A stretch of 32,928 nt of DNA from an uncultured Bacilli bacterium (GTDB lineage Bacteria; Bacillota_I; Bacilli_A; RFN20; CAG-288), in NCBI GenBank assembly GCA_934700375.1, contig CAKUXT010000002.1, positions 1-32,928 on the forward strand. The letters run 5' to 3'. A model generated the notes under the pieces. That model was not told the DNA's origin. It was given only the letters and a program-made list of their open reading frames with translations, and searched no databases. Within the stretch, counting starts at the first letter, position 1; the number at the start of each line of letters is the position of its first letter. Below are positions 23,980-31,889 of the stretch, piece after piece. A program made the translations under genes and the position numbers.

Positions 23980-24899
23980 CACTTGATATATCCTTTCTCC
24001 TTCATGTCATCCATGACAAGAAGCATCAGTCTTCTGATGTCGAAATGAGCGTGAGGATCGGTTCTGAGAGCAAAGATCTTCTTCCATTCGCGAAGGTTGC
24101 AGGTGACCATGATGGAAGCCTTCAGAGAATTGGGAAGAACAGCTCTTGCCTCATCAGGTGTGGCACCTTCCTTGATGAGCTCAAAATAGGTATCTGCGCA
24201 CTTCTGATAGAAAGAATCGTAGATCTCTTTTCTCTCTTCGTATTTGCTCGGCTTCATGAAGGTGAGACAGGCATCGAATTTATCTTTGGTGTAGTTGCAG
24301 TAACGGGTGGATTCCTGGGCGAAAGAACAAATGCGGTGGCGGACGAGTTCATGTGTGACGCCGCGATCTGTGATCAGGTGATAGGTGACATAGGTGAAGC
24401 GATCATAGATCTCAGCAGGGATCTTATCCTTGTTGGCTTCGACATCAAAGAGAGGAACGCTCTTCTCTCCCTCTAGGGAAGGAAGAAGAACAGAGCGGAC
24501 TTCAACAGGAAGCGAGGCGCCTAAAAGAGTGGCCATCTCTTTTTCAAGGACGTCTTCGCTATTGATGTTTTCAAGTATAGGACGGATAGAAGAGGAAAGG
24601 AGATAGACCATTTCGGAATAATCGCCTTTCACCCTCATGAACTCTCCTAATTCATAGAACGGATTATGGAGTTCAAGGAAGCGATGATACTGCTTCTCAT
24701 TCAGGACGAAAGCGAAGCGATAATGCTCCATCATCGCCAAATGTCCGCTCTGGACAAGGCGTGTGATGAAACCGATATTGTTTTCGTGGTCCTTTTCTTT
24801 GACCTGATAGCAATTGTGGGCAACCAAAGCGAGCTTATCGAAGAAATCGGTATGCTTCACTTCGGAAAACGAATTTTCAATCAGTCGGAAACTAGCCAT
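23979..24899 (-). CDS. thyX: FAD-dependent thymidylate synthase ThyX
   Basis: The ThyX signature RHRxxSxxxxSxR is present as ELVRHRICSFAQESTRY. The N-terminal GH...MEH segment and the C-terminal R(x)D region are also present. Confidence 0.85.
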   Translation of the reverse strand: MASFRLIENSFSEVKHTDFFDKLALVAHNCYQVKEKDHENNIGFITRLVQSGHLAMMEHYRFAFVLNEKQYHRFLELHNPFYELGEFMRVKGDYSEMVYLLSSSIRPILENINSEDVLEKEMATLLGASLPVEVRSVLLPSLEGEKSVPLFDVEANKDKIPAEIYDRFTYVTYHLITDRGVTHELVRHRICSFAQESTRYCNYTKDKFDACLTFMKPSKYEERKEIYDSFYQKCADTYFELIKEGATPDEARAVLPNSLKASIMVTCNLREWKKIFALRTDPHAHFDIRRLMLLVMDDMKEKGYIK

Positions 24900-24900
24900 G

Positions 24901-27273
24901 TCATTCTCCTTTCAATGTCAGTCCAAGTTCGCTCTTGCAGGCATCTGTGATTTTCTTGATGGAAGAGGTGATCTCATTGTCTTTCAAAGTGCCATCCTCT
25001 TTTCCTAAGAAAACAGAAACACCGAGATAGGTGATGCCAGTTAGTTTGTCTGTGAATTCGTCAAACAGGCAGACATCTCTGACATTGGTATCCTTGACGT
25101 GAAGGATGGTCTTCTTCAAAAGAGCATAGTCGACTTTGTCGTTCATGCGGAAGGAAAGGTCTCTTCTGACTTCCGGGAAGGAAGAGAAAGAGGCAAACTT
25201 CGTGTTCATGCCCTTCAGGCTGAGAAGCTTTCCTAAATCCAATTCAGCGACAAAGAGCTTGTCTTCGTAGAAAGAAGGATGCAGCTGGCCGAAAGTTCCG
25301 ACAAGGTCCTTGCCGACAAAGATATCGGCAGAGCAGTTGGGATGGAACTTCTCGTTCTTGGAATAGGCGATGCGGAAACGGGAATCGGTGAGGCCGATCT
25401 TTCTTAAAACAGCATAGACATAGCCCTTCAGGTCGAAGAAATCATAAGGTCTGCTCATATATTCATCTCTTCCCATCTTTTCGCCGCAGAGGGCGATAGA
25501 GAGATAAAGATGATTTCCTTTCGGTGTATCGATAGGAGAGATTTCAAACAGAGCGAGGTTCTTGTTCTGATGTGCTTTGTTGTAATCGACAGTCGCAATA
25601 AGGGAAGGAAGAAGATCGCTTCTGACGATCTCATGATCCTTTGTCATCGGATTGATGATCTTAAATCCTTCGTCCTTGTTGAAGACACGGATAGAGGCAT
25701 CCTCTTTCTCGCTGATCAGCGTAAAGGAGAGGATCTCATCAAGTCCACGGGAAACAAGAAGTTCGCGAATTTCTCTCTTCTTTCTCTGCTCATCGCTAAG
25801 ATGTCCCTGCGTGACAGGGAAATGATCCAAAGAAGGAGTGATTCTTGTTGCGGGGAAGTAACGGAATACTTCTTCATCGATATCGCACTGTTCCTTCAAA
25901 TCGACACGATCAAGCGGAGGAACGATTGTTCCGTCCTCTCTCTTTTCGATTCGATAAGCGGCAAGGACTTCATCGACTTCTTCTTTTGTATAAGAAGAAC
26001 CGAGTCTTGCATTCAAGGCTTCTAAAGAGAACGGGAAAGGTTCATTGGTCATCTCAGCGCGATTGAAAGAGGAGTAGCTGGTGAGTTCATAGCTCTCCAA
26101 GAATTCAGGAAGCAAGGAAATAGTGACAGCCATGGCTTCTGTGATGAGCTTGGGGTTTCTCTCCTTGCTGAAGAGCTGAGAAGAGAAAGAAGAAAGTCCA
26201 AGACGGGAAGAAGTATGGCGGATATTGGCGTGATAGAAGCAGGCTGCTTCAATCGCAATGTTTCTGGTAGATGGTCTGACCGATGCCTTTTCGCCTGCCA
26301 TGATGCCGGCGAGGCAGATGACAGAACTCTTGTCGGAAATGACAAGATCGCCAGGGATCAGGTCGATTTCTTTGCCGTCGAAGGTCGTGAATTTGCCCTG
26401 ATAATCATCAGAGACGATGTAGTCATCGCCTGTGTTGTCATCCGCATCATAGATGTTTAACGGCTGACCGGTGAGGAGCATTGAATAGTTTCCTAAATCG
26501 ACAAGCGGAGAAAGGGAGCGGATGCCGCTTGCAAGAAGAGTTCTCTTGATATAAAGAGGAGTTTCTTTCTTCACGACGACATCGTTGATGCGAAGCATAT
26601 CGATTCTCGGGCAGTTGATGGTCTTGGAACGGACGTGGATGTTGTCCTTCAAAGAAGCGAGGTTGTAGGTGGGAAGGTGGACAAGAGGGCGGTTCATCAA
26701 AGCAGAAATCTCTCTTGCCATGCCGATGTAACTGAGGCAGTCCGGACGATTAGGAAGGACATTGATATCGAGGATCGTATCGTTGAGACCTAAATAATCA
26801 AGGACATTCTTTTCACCTAAAGGAGCATCGAAAGGAAGCTCTTCGATACCGTTCATAGAAGGAGAGTTCTCTTCCAAAGACTCCTTGGAAACGCCGAGTT
26901 CAAGCAAAGAGCAGCACATGCCTTCGCTGACTTCGCCTCTGATCTTTCCCTTCTTGATGGTTTCGCCTAAAGCGGGAAGGACACAGCCTTCCAAAGCGAC
27001 GATGACACGAAGTCCTTTTCTGACATTCGGTGCACCGCAGACGATATGTTTGATGCCTTCCTGACCGCAGTCGACAGTCAGAATATGAAGGTGATCGCTA
27101 TCGCGATGCTTTTCGCAGGTGAGGACTTCGCCGATGACAAGAGAGCTTGCCTCAGCAAGTTTCTCCATTCCTTCGACTTCAAAGCCGGAGAAGGTCAGAC
27201 GATTGCGAAGCTCTTCGGGTGTAATGGAGGTCAGATCGACGAGCGTAGATAAAGTTTTGTATGAAAATAACAT
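24901..27273 (-). CDS. pheT: Phenylalanine--tRNA ligase beta subunit
   Basis: This 790-aa protein has an N-terminal tRNA-binding (OB) domain, B3/4 and B5 domains and a C-terminal FDX-ACB-like domain. It directly follows pheS. Confidence 0.95.
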   Translation of the reverse strand: MLFSYKTLSTLVDLTSITPEELRNRLTFSGFEVEGMEKLAEASSLVIGEVLTCEKHRDSDHLHILTVDCGQEGIKHIVCGAPNVRKGLRVIVALEGCVLPALGETIKKGKIRGEVSEGMCCSLLELGVSKESLEENSPSMNGIEELPFDAPLGEKNVLDYLGLNDTILDINVLPNRPDCLSYIGMAREISALMNRPLVHLPTYNLASLKDNIHVRSKTINCPRIDMLRINDVVVKKETPLYIKRTLLASGIRSLSPLVDLGNYSMLLTGQPLNIYDADDNTGDDYIVSDDYQGKFTTFDGKEIDLIPGDLVISDKSSVICLAGIMAGEKASVRPSTRNIAIEAACFYHANIRHTSSRLGLSSFSSQLFSKERNPKLITEAMAVTISLLPEFLESYELTSYSSFNRAEMTNEPFPFSLEALNARLGSSYTKEEVDEVLAAYRIEKREDGTIVPPLDRVDLKEQCDIDEEVFRYFPATRITPSLDHFPVTQGHLSDEQRKKREIRELLVSRGLDEILSFTLISEKEDASIRVFNKDEGFKIINPMTKDHEIVRSDLLPSLIATVDYNKAHQNKNLALFEISPIDTPKGNHLYLSIALCGEKMGRDEYMSRPYDFFDLKGYVYAVLRKIGLTDSRFRIAYSKNEKFHPNCSADIFVGKDLVGTFGQLHPSFYEDKLFVAELDLGKLLSLKGMNTKFASFSSFPEVRRDLSFRMNDKVDYALLKKTILHVKDTNVRDVCLFDEFTDKLTGITYLGVSVFLGKEDGTLKDNEITSSIKKITDACKSELGLTLKGE

Positions 27274-27277
27274 GATA

Positions 27278-28324
27278 TTACTCCTTTCTGAACTGAGAAA
27301 TGAAGTTCACATCGTTGGTATAGAAACGCTTAATATCATCGATATTGTACTTCAGCATGGCGATTCTGTCGACGCCGATACCAAAGGCAAAGCCTTTGTA
27401 CTTCTTGTCATCATAGCCGTTGAGTCTTAAGACATTAGGATGGACCATGCCAGAGCCTAAAACCTCGATCCAGCCGGTATGTTTGCAGAAGTTGCAGCCT
27501 TTTCCGTTGCATTCAAAGCAGGAGATATCAGCTTCAACGCTCGGTTCCGTGAACGGGAAGAAAGAAGGGCGGAAACGGATTTCGCGCTTTTCGCCGAAAA
27601 GATGCTTCAATAATAAAGTCAAAGTCTCAAGAAGATTGCTGAAGGTGCAGTCTTCGGAGATGACAAGGCCTTCGATCTGACCGAACTGATGGCTGTGGGT
27701 CGCATCGTTGTCTCTGCGGTAAACCTTGCCAGGGCAGATGATCTTGACAGGTCCCTTGCCCTGCATCTGTTGCATGACACGGGCCTGAACGCAGGATGTA
27801 TGGCTTCTTAAGACGGTTGTAGGATCGACGGAGAAGGAATCCTGCATATCTCTTGCCGGATGATCGGCAGGGATATTCATGAGTTCGAAGTTGTTTCTGT
27901 CGCTCTCGACTTCCGGTCCGTCTGCGACAGTAAAGCCGAGTCCGACAAAGAAATCGGTAATATCATCGACAACGGCATAGAAAGGATGCTTGCTTCCAAG
28001 CGTCTCTTCAAAGCCGGGAAGAGAGATATCGACCTTCTCTTTTTCAAGGCGCATGTTGAGCTCTCTGTCTTTGAGCTCCTTGTCCTTTTCTTCGAAGAAG
28101 CGGTTAAGCTGTGTCTTCAAAGCGGTCAGCTTTTCGCCGAAGGCTTTCTTCTGATCCTGAGAAATTGTTCTCATCTGGGCATAAAAGGCGGTCAGATTGC
28201 TCTTTTTTCCAAGGAAACGTCCTTTAAACGCCTCCAACGAGGCTTTGTCTGAAATCTTCAGGCATTCCTCTTTTGCATCTTCTATCTCTTTTTCGGAGAG
28301 CTTTTCAAATTCGTTGAGTTCCAT
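27278..28324 (-). CDS. pheS: Phenylalanine--tRNA ligase alpha subunit
   Basis: HPARDMQDSF, the class II motif 2 (FRPSFFPFTEPS) and motif 3 (GFAFGIGVDRIAM) are present. Confidence 0.95.
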   Translation of the reverse strand: MELNEFEKLSEKEIEDAKEECLKISDKASLEAFKGRFLGKKSNLTAFYAQMRTISQDQKKAFGEKLTALKTQLNRFFEEKDKELKDRELNMRLEKEKVDISLPGFEETLGSKHPFYAVVDDITDFFVGLGFTVADGPEVESDRNNFELMNIPADHPARDMQDSFSVDPTTVLRSHTSCVQARVMQQMQGKGPVKIICPGKVYRRDNDATHSHQFGQIEGLVISEDCTFSNLLETLTLLLKHLFGEKREIRFRPSFFPFTEPSVEADISCFECNGKGCNFCKHTGWIEVLGSGMVHPNVLRLNGYDDKKYKGFAFGIGVDRIAMLKYNIDDIKRFYTNDVNFISQFRKE

Positions 28325-28342
28325 GTTTTATTCTCCTTGTAC

Positions 28343-29599
28343 TTAACGGATATCTGGATTCTGTGCGAGAACTTCCGGTTCATCATCGTCATCATCGGAA
28401 GCGGGTCCTTTTGTTTCCGCAACAGGTTCATCCTTCTTTTCTTCGACAACCGGCTCATGCATCTTGTTTCTTAAGAAGGAAGGAAGAACAGAAGAGTTTC
28501 TGTCTTCGTTGATTCTCTTCATCGTATCAGAAGCTTCGACACGAACCTCGGCCTTCTCTTCCGGCTTTTCAAATGTGGAGTTGGGATTTCTCATCGGAGC
28601 AGCGCTGAAATCGATATCCTTATTGAAATCAGTGGCGATGATGGCGATTGTCATCTCATCATTGAAGCTAGGATCTTCCATGACACCGAAGATGATATTG
28701 CAGTCATCATTGTCTTTTCCGCAGGCAGCTTCCGTGATATAGTCGACAGCATCCTGTGTTTCAAGAAGGCTGGTATCTTTGCCGACCGTGAAGTTGATCA
28801 GCATGCTGTGTGCACCGCGGATACTGGCTTCAAGAAGAGGTGAGTTGATGGCGTTGTTTGCAGCATCGACAGCCTTGTTCTCTCCCTTGCCGTGACCGAT
28901 ACCGATCAAAGCGAGACCTTTTCCGCTGAGGGTGGATTTAACGTCTGCAAAATCGAGATTGATAAGGCCGTGTTTCAAGATCAGATCGGTGACCGTCTTG
29001 ACAGCGGATCCTAAAATAGAATCGGCTTTATGGAAAGAATCGCCGATTGCGAGTTTTCCGTCATTGAACATCAGCTTGTCATTGGAGACGACGATCAAGG
29101 CATCGACATTGTCTTTTAAAGCGTTGATACCTTCCAGTGCGTTTGTTCTTCTTGTCTTTCCTTCGAAATTGAAAGGACGTGTGACAATACCGATGACAAG
29201 GCAGCCTTCTTCTTTAGCAGCCTTAGCGACGACAGGAGCACCGCCGGTTCCAGTACCGCCTCCTTCACCGGCAGCGATGAAGACAAGGTCTGTTCCCTGA
29301 ACGATGCGCTTGATATCATCATAGGCATCCTCAGCGGCCTGTTTGCCGCAGTTGGGGTTTCCGCCGGCACCAAGGCCTCTTGTGACGCCTCTTCCCAAGA
29401 CGAGCTTGTTCTCGCAGGGAGAATTGCTCAAGGCCTGGCAATCGGTATTCAATACCCAGTATTCGACTAAATCGGCTTTGTCATGAAGCATGCTGTTGAC
29501 AGCATTTCCGCCTCCGCCGCCGACACCGATGACTTTGATTCGGGCGTTTTTCTTCAACTCTTCATCCGGAAGAGATCTGATCAAATTAACATCATCCAT
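28343..29599 (-). CDS. ftsZ: Cell division GTPase FtsZ with an extended acidic C-terminal tail
   Basis: The tubulin signature GGGTGTGGAP and NTDCQAL are present. The conserved C-terminal peptide VLPSFLRNK is followed by 39 more residues. Confidence 0.95.
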   Translation of the reverse strand: MDDVNLIRSLPDEELKKNARIKVIGVGGGGGNAVNSMLHDKADLVEYWVLNTDCQALSNSPCENKLVLGRGVTRGLGAGGNPNCGKQAAEDAYDDIKRIVQGTDLVFIAAGEGGGTGTGGAPVVAKAAKEEGCLVIGIVTRPFNFEGKTRRTNALEGINALKDNVDALIVVSNDKLMFNDGKLAIGDSFHKADSILGSAVKTVTDLILKHGLINLDFADVKSTLSGKGLALIGIGHGKGENKAVDAANNAINSPLLEASIRGAHSMLINFTVGKDTSLLETQDAVDYITEAACGKDNDDCNIIFGVMEDPSFNDEMTIAIIATDFNKDIDFSAAPMRNPNSTFEKPEEKAEVRVEASDTMKRINEDRNSSVLPSFLRNKMHEPVVEEKKDEPVAETKGPASDDDDDEPEVLAQNPDIR

Positions 29600-29613
29600 A
29601 ATCTATTTCCTTT

Positions 29614-30768
29614 CTATCGATCGAATACGGTCGATTTCAGTTTGTCGTCCGACTCCGTCCTTCTGAAGCTGTCTCTCTTCATCTGATAGTCGAGATTGGA
29701 GACGGCAATCGCACCAAGAGCAGCATTGAAGACACCGGTTTCTGCGCCGAGTTCTTTCGCTCTGGATACTCTCGTATTGCGCTTCAGGGCATAGGAGACA
29801 TATTGTTCCAGTCCGAAGATATCGATACCTGTTCCGGTGATAAGAACAGGAACATTGTCCGTTACGCCGTTGTCGACGATGAAGTTCTGCAGTTCTCTTA
29901 ATAGTGGCATAAAGGCTTTGCATAATGCGGTGAATATCGTATCGAGCGTGAAGCCTTCATCTGTCACATATTCGAATTCGAGCTTCTGCAGGAATCCGAA
30001 TGTCATCATCAGCTCTTTTCCGCGTTCAATAGAGACACCTAAGCTATTGGAGAAGCGTTCAAGAACAGAGCTTAGATTCTCCTTGATAACGCTTGAAGAG
30101 AACAATCTTCCGCTCTTGATCTCGCTGAAGTAGGTGTAATTGTTCTGAAGCTCAAGAATCAAGTAATTCCTTTCCGATTCATAACGGGTAAGGTATTCAT
30201 AGCCGGAATAGGTGGATACCATCTGAAGATACGGTTTCAGGCTGACAGAGCTGACGATCCCCTGATAATGGGTGAATGCCTCACGATTGAGGAAATGAAC
30301 GTCGCCATCCACTTCCAGAGCGCTGGATGTTTTTCCAAGCGGGAAGGTGCTCAGCGTCGGGCAGGTGTCGACTTTGAAGTTGAACGGAACAAGATAGATA
30401 GGATCCGTTTCCGGGAAGGGCTTTGTCTTCATCGCACGGATCGTGCAGGAGCGATAGTCCTCATCGCGGATTTTGTTCTCAGCGTTTCCGGTCGGGCTTG
30501 ATTCCGAAATCTCCTTGGCCTTGAAGCCATACGGCGGATAGAGGAAGACAAGCGGTCCGATATCGACAGGAAGCTGCTTTCTGGCCGTAGCAAGAAGAGC
30601 GATAAGAGATTCTTTCAGATCCTCTTTCTTGGGATATCCTTCCGGATTCAGAGGAAGAATCTCGCCTTCTAAGCTCTGAAGGACATAGAGTCTGTCCTTC
30701 ATCTGATAACCCGACAGCAATTTGATATTGCATGGCGTAAATTCAATCACAGTAATTTGTTTATCCAT
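29614..30768 (-). CDS. ftsA: FtsA-like actin-fold division protein (divergent)
   Basis: This 384-aa protein lies between the divIB-like gene and ftsZ, with 14-nt gaps on both sides. It aligns by eye with B. subtilis FtsA, but the phosphate-1, phosphate-2 and adenosine motifs are degenerate (VIEFTPCN, LILELQNNYT, LITGTGIDIFG). Confidence 0.6.
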   Translation of the reverse strand: MDKQITVIEFTPCNIKLLSGYQMKDRLYVLQSLEGEILPLNPEGYPKKEDLKESLIALLATARKQLPVDIGPLVFLYPPYGFKAKEISESSPTGNAENKIRDEDYRSCTIRAMKTKPFPETDPIYLVPFNFKVDTCPTLSTFPLGKTSSALEVDGDVHFLNREAFTHYQGIVSSVSLKPYLQMVSTYSGYEYLTRYESERNYLILELQNNYTYFSEIKSGRLFSSSVIKENLSSVLERFSNSLGVSIERGKELMMTFGFLQKLEFEYVTDEGFTLDTIFTALCKAFMPLLRELQNFIVDNGVTDNVPVLITGTGIDIFGLEQYVSYALKRNTRVSRAKELGAETGVFNAALGAIAVSNLDYQMKRDSFRRTESDDKLKSTVFDR

Positions 30769-30782
30769 AACATATCCTTTCT

Positions 30783-31718
30783 TTAGGCTTTGATCCAGCC
30801 TACTTTTCCTTCGGAAGAGAAATAAGGTTTGAAGAAGTAAGCGGAGATCTCTTTTCCGTCATCCTTGAACTTATATGTAGATGCCTCCATTGTATTGGCG
30901 CAATCAGAAAGCGATCTGAAGGTGATATCAGGGAAGTTCTTGGTAGGGAAATACTTTGAGAAGTTGTCAGCGAGGCAGTCTTTTAAGACAAACCACTTTC
31001 CTTGAGTGTTGACAATGAAATCGCAGACATTGTTCCAAGTGGAATCACCGCCTTCATTGACATACTGGATATCGTCAAAGAAGCTCAAAGTCGAATAAGC
31101 AAAGGGGGACAAAGGGGAGAGAGCTAAGGCGATATTGGTCTCATTGATTTCAAAGTTCTCTTTCGGGAAATGGATAAGAGGAAGCTTTTGAGTCTGACTT
31201 GTCAAGGTATCCTTGATCTCTTTGATACGTTCAGTAGAAAGCGGCAACGAATCAAGAGAAGAGATGACAGCGTCACATTCTTTGCCGGAAAGGAAGTAAG
31301 ACTTTTCCTCACCGCTTAAGATCTTGGCATGCGGGAAATCCTCTTCGATTCTGACGCTTGCCGTGATGCCGTTGTTTTCATAGACGGCAGATGTGACAAG
31401 TCCGCAGGAAGAAGAGACAATCTTTTTTGCAGAAGCGGTTTTGTTCAAAAGAAGAAGCGGTCTGTAGCCATCGTTTCCGGACAGATGACGAATATCCTCT
31501 TTTTTCAGATTGACAGAACCGACAACAGGGATATTTTTGCACTGAAAAGTGGGCAAAGTAAAATAAAATGCAAGCAAAAGAAAACTGATACACAGAGAAA
31601 GGACAGAAATCATCTTCCTCGTCTGGTTGATCTTGCTTTTGCGTGCTATCGAATACTCAATCGTATCTTGACTATTCAATGTTTCAGTCTTGCTAGATTG
31701 ATTCATAAGGTCGTTCAA
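30783..31718 (-). CDS. divIB: DivIB/FtsQ-like cell division protein
   Basis: It has a cytoplasmic N-terminus, one TM helix (MISVLSLCISFLLLAFYFTL) and then a POTRA-like segment (IPVVGSVNLKKEDIRHLSG). It sits upstream of ftsA-ftsZ. The TTG start at 31718 lies 9 nt after GGAGGA; an alternative ATG lies at 31706. Confidence 0.6.
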   Translation of the reverse strand: MNDLMNQSSKTETLNSQDTIEYSIARKSKINQTRKMISVLSLCISFLLLAFYFTLPTFQCKNIPVVGSVNLKKEDIRHLSGNDGYRPLLLLNKTASAKKIVSSSCGLVTSAVYENNGITASVRIEEDFPHAKILSGEEKSYFLSGKECDAVISSLDSLPLSTERIKEIKDTLTSQTQKLPLIHFPKENFEINETNIALALSPLSPFAYSTLSFFDDIQYVNEGGDSTWNNVCDFIVNTQGKWFVLKDCLADNFSKYFPTKNFPDITFRSLSDCANTMEASTYKFKDDGKEISAYFFKPYFSSEGKVGWIKA

Positions 31719-31741
31719 AAAAAGCAGTCCTCCGACTGCTT
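31717..31741 (-). terminator. Terminator-like hairpin after recJ, whose loop and 3' arm carry the divIB Shine-Dalgarno
   Basis: The minus strand reads AAGCAGTC-GGAG-GACTGCTT-TTTTT, running directly into the TTG start codon. Confidence 0.5.
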
Positions 31742-31889
31742 AATATTTTATATTAAATCGACAACTTATGAAAGTGTTAAGTGCTCGTAATGGCATAACT
31801 TTTCATCAAAAGAGACAATCTTGATTTTTCAAAGAGACAAAAAACTGATTTTGGTCGCTTTTTGATTTTAACTTAAGGAAGTCTTAGCC

